Part shown: positions 58,188 to 64,000 of the stretch, in pieces
How the letters are laid out: each line of letters starts with the position of its first letter
Position numbering within the stretch: the first letter of the stretch is position 1
NCBI GenBank assembly: GCA_963693365.1
Contig: CAVNZM010000011.1
Span: forward strand, 2,216,989-2,280,988
Reading direction: 5' to 3'
Length of the DNA stretch: 64,000 nucleotides
From: Amoebidium appalachense
Lineage: Eukaryota > Protista > Ichthyosporea
Position numbers and translations under genes: made by a program
Notes under the pieces: generated by a model
What the model saw: the letters and a program-made list of their open reading frames with translations, nothing else
The model's database searches: none
What the model was told of the DNA's origin: nothing

Positions 58188-59426
58188 CGGGCAGGAAGGG
58201 TGAGGGTGTGGTGTGGGATGGGGATGGGTGGGTGGGTGTGTGGTGTGTGGGTGTGGGTGTCTGGGTGTGTGTGGGTGGGTGGGTGTGTATGGGTGTAATT
58301 TGTGGGTGTGTGTGCTGTGGTGTTGGTTGTCGGGGAGGAGAGGGGGAAGATGGGTGGAGCTGGTTTGTGAATTCTCATATGGTTGTTTGGATGCAGCTCA
58401 TGGGGCGGTGCCGTGACGGCCGACTGTTCCCTATGACACTCTCTCTCAGCGAGGTCGTGCCAGAGGGGGGTGGGGAGAGTCCCCGCCACTTTGTGGGTGT
58501 GATTCGGGACACGAGCGAAGCAGAACGGCTAGTGAGTGAACTCGACGCAAAGACACTGCGCCTGGAGGCTATTTTGAACAGTGTTGCTGAAGCGGTGGTG
58601 GTTTTGAATGGCACCGGCACGATTTTGAGCCTAAACGCTAGCGCCGTGAGAATATTTGGGTTTAGTTTGGAAGAGGTGGAGGGGAGAGACGTGGCGATAC
58701 TTATGAGCCCCGAACTGCAGAACGTCTGGCGTACGTTTCTGGATCGCTATGTTCCAACTAGCCCACGTGGCACACCCGGATATGTGTTGGCTAGGGGTCA
58801 GGTGGTGCAGGGGAGAAGGAGGGATGGTAGTTTCTTCCCTGCAATATACACACTGAGCGAAGCGATTGGTGTTCTGGGTGGTTCGGCCCCCTTGGATCCC
58901 GCGGCTACGAGACAGTTTGTTATGTCGGTGCGAGATTTGACGGAGAAATTGAGGGTGGAAGCGGCGTTGGAGAGCGAGAGGGTGTCGAGTTTGGAGAAAA
59001 CAAGGAGAATGGCGGCAATATTTTCGTGTGCAAACGATGCGGTGATCATGATGGATCAGAGGGGAAAGATACTCGAGTTTAACAGGTATGGGTGTTGGAT
59101 TATTGTGTGCTTAGTGGGTTTATTTGCATATGGATTTTTGTACTTGTGGCGGTGCATTCCTAGGGATTTTCTTGTTGTTCTTTCGGATTAGTCTGATCTT
59201 ATTAGTCCGCATAATTGTGTGCAATGTATATACGATGCAGGCACAAGCACGCATACACGCACCATACACGGAACAAAAGTGCGCACACAAGCACGCACAT
59301 GCCTACACGAGCACACACAGACACAGATGCGCGCACTTTTCTCATACCTGATCACTGGCCCATAACCATCCGCACACTAACATTTAAGCCACGAACACAT
59401 CACACACACACACACACACACCCACC

Positions 59427-59477
<51 letters not shown>

Positions 59478-60492
59478 CTCGCCTCCCCCGCCCACACAAT
59501 TGCACACCCACACACTCGCACACACCTGCACACCTACAGGGCTGCCGAGAAGACCTTTGGGTGGCGTGCCGATGAGATTCTAGGCCAGGACGTGTCCCGG
59601 CTCATGCCGGAGCACATCGGCCGCATGCACCAGAGCTATGTGGACCGTTATCTGAAGTCAGGCGAGATGGCCTCCGCACGGGCTGTGGGCCGCAACAGAA
59701 AGGTAGCCCCCCCTCCCTCCCCCTCCCCCCCCCCCCCCCACCGGGGCCATTTTTCTCGAGATGTGTGTCCTGTTCCCACCTCCCCCCCCCCCCCCCTTCT
59801 TCTTAGTTTACTGTGCTTACCCCCCCCCCCCCCCCCCCTCCCCCTCCCCTAGGCGGGTGCATTTTGCTAGGGGTACGTGTGGGTGTATCGTGTCACCGCA
59901 ACTCCATTAACTAGTGTTACCGCAACTCCATTAACTTGTATGCCGTGCATATGTGAGCTGCTTAGTGTTTGAAATGGTGTATGCCAGTTTTCTTCTATTC
60001 CCTCCTTTCCCCCTCCCCCCCAAATGCATCATGTGCATGGAACATATACTTACTGATTTGGACCCTTCCCTCCCTTTCTCCCCAAATCACTCCACGGTCC
60101 TCCTCCCTATCCCACAATGTTTCATTGACCTGCCCTCACACAACTCCTCTTACCCCCCCCCCCCAACACTTACACACCCCAACCCTTTCCGCCCCCCAGC
60201 TCCACGGGCAACACCAAGACGGGCACATCTTTCCCATCACACTCTCACTGAGTGAGGTTGAGGGTGCACCGGACGGGGATCGGCAGTTTGTGGGTGTGAT
60301 CAGAGACCTGACCGAGACAGAGAGACTAGCAGCGGACCTTCAAGCCAAGACACAGCAGGCGGAGGCGATACTCAACAGTGTTGCAGATGCAATAGTGGCG
60401 CTGTCTTCAGATGCAAAGATAGTTGCTTTCAATAGGACCGCTACGGTGCTGTTTGGATGCACGGTCGAGGAGGCACTGGGTATTTAAACAGT

Positions 60493-60533
<41 letters not shown>

Positions 60534-62349
60534 AGAAAAAGGAAAGAAAAGAAGAAAGCGTGTGTGGGTGGGTGGGTGAGTTTTGGGTGGGTGGGTGGGT
60601 GAGGGGGAGGGGAGGGGGGGGGGGGGGGGGGGAAAGAGGGGGTGGAGGGGGAAGGGGGGGGGGGGGGGAGGGGAAGAAGCAGAAAAGGGGAAAGCGGTGG
60701 AAAGAAATGAAGGAATGGATTATTGTGGTTATAAGGGGAAAGAAAAAGAAAATAGGGTGGATAGGACTGTGAAGAATGACGGTTTACACCAACCACCGCT
60801 TCTCCCACTTTAGCATCTGGGCGCTGACCAGCCGAGAGCCACATTTCTTACATGCGATTCACCAATCAAGAGACTCAATCAAATGTCGACATTCGACAGA
60901 GCCTTTCGCGCCCTTTTTAGGGCCACATGGCGTCATGGAATTTGTGCACAAAATGACGTGACCAATGTGGCTCGCCGCCCAGAGACTATGGAAGTAGCGG
61001 TGGTTGCTTTAACTTCTCTGTGGGACTGCACCTTGTTGTCCTCAATGGTCCTTGTACGTGGCGCTGTGCCGCAGGCTAATTCCCCTTGCCCTTCCCCCCC
61101 CCCTCCCCCCCCCCCTCCACCTCCACACTCCCCTCCCCCTTAATCCCCCCTACAACAGGGCGACCCCTAGGGGATCTTCTGGCCGGAAACAGCACCCAGC
61201 TCCTGTCCGACATCATTCAGTGGCTGGGTGGCAGCACAGGCCCCGATCCCACCCCAAGACCGGCCATGGGTCGAAGGAAGAATGGGGGTGTGTTTCCTTT
61301 GACGGTGGCTATGGGAGATAGCCAACAGATTGGTCTCAGCACAAGAGTATACACGGTGTGCCTAAGAGACCAGACAGAGAAGGTAGGAATTGTGAAGAGT
61401 GGGTGTGGTGTGTTTGGAGGTGTGGGAGGCTTGTGAGTGTGTTGTGTGGTGGTGGTGGTGGTGGTGCATGTGTGTGTTTTGGGGGCGGAGGGGAAGGGGG
61501 GAGGGGGGGGGAGGGGCATGGATGTATGTTTTTTTTGGGGGGGGTAGGGGGAGGGGGGGGGGGGGAGGGGGGGGGGAGGAGGCCGGGGGAGGGAGGGGTG
61601 GAATGGGTGCATGGTGTTTTGTACAGGGAAGTGGGTACGTGTGCTTTCTCCCGGTTTGTGCCTGCTTGAAGGGCGCCACAGGATTAAAGCAGGGGAGAAA
61701 ATTTGCAGGGCACATAATTAAGATGGGTGATTGTGGTGGCTATGCGGGTGGTGATAGGCGAGTTACTTTCTCCAAATGGAAGAAAACAAAAACAAAAATA
61801 ACAAAAAAATTAATAGTAAAAATAAAAGCAATTTTCAAAGAAAACAAAATGGTAAAAAACGAGAGCAAAAAAAGTAAACGAATAAAACAACTTTTGGCAC
61901 TGACGTCTGCCCATTCTGTTTTAGGCCGAGGCCGAGGCAGCGCTGCACAGTGAGCGCAAGGTTTCATTGGACAAGAGTAACCACATGGAGGCTATTTTTA
62001 GCAGCGCATTGGACGGCATAATTGTCATTGACGAGAGGGGATTGGTCCGAAACTTCAACACCGCCGCTGAGCGTCTATTTGGCTGGAGGGCAGATGAGGT
62101 GGTGGGGCAACCGGTGGCCATGCTGATGCCAGAACATATTGGGAGGGTGCACCAGACATACATCGATAGGTATCTGAGGAGTGGGGAGAAGGCCCATGGC
62201 AGGGCCGTGGGGAGAAACAGAAAGGTATGTGGTTGGGTGTGGGGATTGAAGGGAGGATGGAGGAGGGTAGGGTGGTTGGGGGGAGGGGGGGGGGGGGGGG
62301 GGGGGGGGGAGCTAATGGCTGACGGGGAGGGAAGGGTGGCTAGAGGGGC

Positions 62350-62400
<51 letters not shown>

Positions 62401-62628
62401 GAGTTGGAGGGAGGGAAGGAGTCGGAGAGAATACTGACCTCCACACGAACACTACAACCACCACACACACAAATACACACACTTCTTGAACATGCACACG
62501 GACACGCGCACACACACACACACACACACACGCATGTATACCATACAGTTGCACATACACACACAAACATATACATTTACATATACACATACCCACACAC
62601 ATACACCCACGCACCCACGCGCGCGCAT

Positions 62629-62673
<45 letters not shown>

Positions 62674-63094
62674 CACACACACTCACACATTTACCATCCA
62701 GCTTCAAGGGCGGCGCAAGGACGGCACATACTTCAGCATGACTCTGTCTCTCAGTGAGGTTGCAGGTGCCTCCACACGCTGTTTTGTCGGTTTCATCCGT
62801 GACCTGAGTGAGCTAGAGAGACTTATGGAAGAGTTGGAACATAAGAGCAGTCATATCGAGGCCATCTTTAACAGTACGGTGGATGCTATGGTTACCTGCG
62901 ACCAGCACAGCAGGATCAGTGCATTCAACACCGCAGCAGAGAGGATGTTTGGGTGGCCACGGCAGGAGGCACTGGGGCAGAACATAGCCGTGCTGATGGA
63001 GGAGAAGTTTGGGCAGCTGCACCAGCAGTATATGGACCAGTACATCGGGAAGGGTAAGAGAGGGGGGGGATGGAGAGGGAGAGAGAGAGAGAGA

Positions 63095-63154
<60 letters not shown>

Positions 63155-63237
63155 AGGGGAGGGGGGGGGGAAGGGAAAGGGAAAGGGAGAGTGGGGGGAG
63201 GGGGAGGAGAGAGAGTGTGTGGGTGTGTGTATGTGTT

Positions 63238-63285
<48 letters not shown>

Positions 63286-63306
63286 TTTTGTGTGTGTGTG
63301 TGTGTT

Positions 63307-63351
<45 letters not shown>

Positions 63352-63898
63352 GTTCGGTTGGTGCGGGTTGGTTGGGGGGTGGGGGGGTGTCTGCGAGGGT
63401 GTGGGTGGGTGGGTGGGTGGAAGTTGGTGGTTGGGTGGATGTCAGAGAGAAGGTGTGGTGGGGAGGGGAAGGTAGGGGTAAGGGGGTGGGGGGTGGGGCA
63501 GAGGGTCTGGGTTAAGGGGAGTACAATTTATAGGCACACTGGCTGACATCTATCAGCACATGCACAAGTAAAACATACTAGTGTTAAATGTACGTGACTA
63601 ATGCAGAAAATGTCAGCTCAACGTATGTGTTTACATGTTTGCGCAAGATAAGGGAAACGGGGGGCAAGGGCTCTATGCGTGTGTGCTAATAAGGTTATGC
63701 AGGGGACACTGCTATTGGGCAGATTCTTGGCCGGGGCCGGCAGCTTGTGGGTCGGCGACGTGACGGGGAGCTGTTCCCCATCCTGGTGACCCTCAGCGAG
63801 GTACGGCACAACCTACCGGGCAAGGAGAGAGAGTTCACGGCATCCATGAGGGATCTGAGTGAGCTCAAGAGAATAGCAACAGACCTGCAGACGGAGAG
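51480..63898 (+). CDS. Multi-PAS sensor protein (at least 11 tandem PAS/PAC domains, 6 of FixL heme type), 3'-partial; 14 exons: 51480-51536, 52323-52829, 54065-54859, 55203-55328, 56438-56591, 56967-57229, 57826-58125, 58397-59085, 59540-59702, 60200-60479, 61159-61382, 61925-62224, 62702-63053, 63703-63898
   Basis: Repeated EAIxxSxxDAIVxIDxxGxIxxFNxAAERxFGxxxxEVVGQxVxxLMP ... GRRRDGxxFPxxLSLSEV ... FVGxIRDLTE units separated by short coiled-coil linkers. All 13 junctions are GT-AG and in phase. The last exon ends at a donor, so the gene continues past the window. Confidence 0.92.
51590..52105 (+). repeat. Degenerate (ACAGGC)n hexamer repeat region in PAS-gene intron 1
   Basis: Many ACAGGC/GCAGGC units, with a pure stretch near 51809-51843. 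Confidence 0.8.
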
Positions 63899-64000
63899 GT
63901 GTGTGTGTGTGTGCGTGCGTGTGTGCGTGTACGTGTGTGTGTGTGTGTGTGTGCCTGCTGCCTGCCTGCCTGCCTGCCTGTGTGTGTGTGTGTGTGTGTT

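Overview
Intron-rich eukaryotic DNA, probably from a unicellular holozoan (inferred from the animal-like ARID2 and TCP1 sequences; not provable here). Introns are packed with (GT)n/(CA)n microsatellites and very long G/C homopolymers, so almost all long ORFs in the supplied track are low-complexity artefacts. Splicing GT-AG exons by hand gives seven genes: ARID2 (minus, runs off the left edge), COX11 (+), a poorly resolved orphan gene (minus), a cold-shock-domain/PP2C phosphatase fusion (+), STI1/HOP (minus) head-to-head with TCP1/CCT-alpha (+), and a large gene (+, runs off the right edge) with at least 11 tandem PAS domains. Six of those PAS domains carry the FixL-type heme-ligating His. Main highlights: the poly-heme-PAS candidate gas sensor; a strand-following intron polarity (G/GT-rich 5' part, C/CA-rich 3' part) suggesting structure-assisted splicing; the CSD-PP2C fusion; and a structured dispersed repeat found only in introns and always in the sense orientation. 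Several frameshifts sit in short homopolymers and are probably assembly errors.
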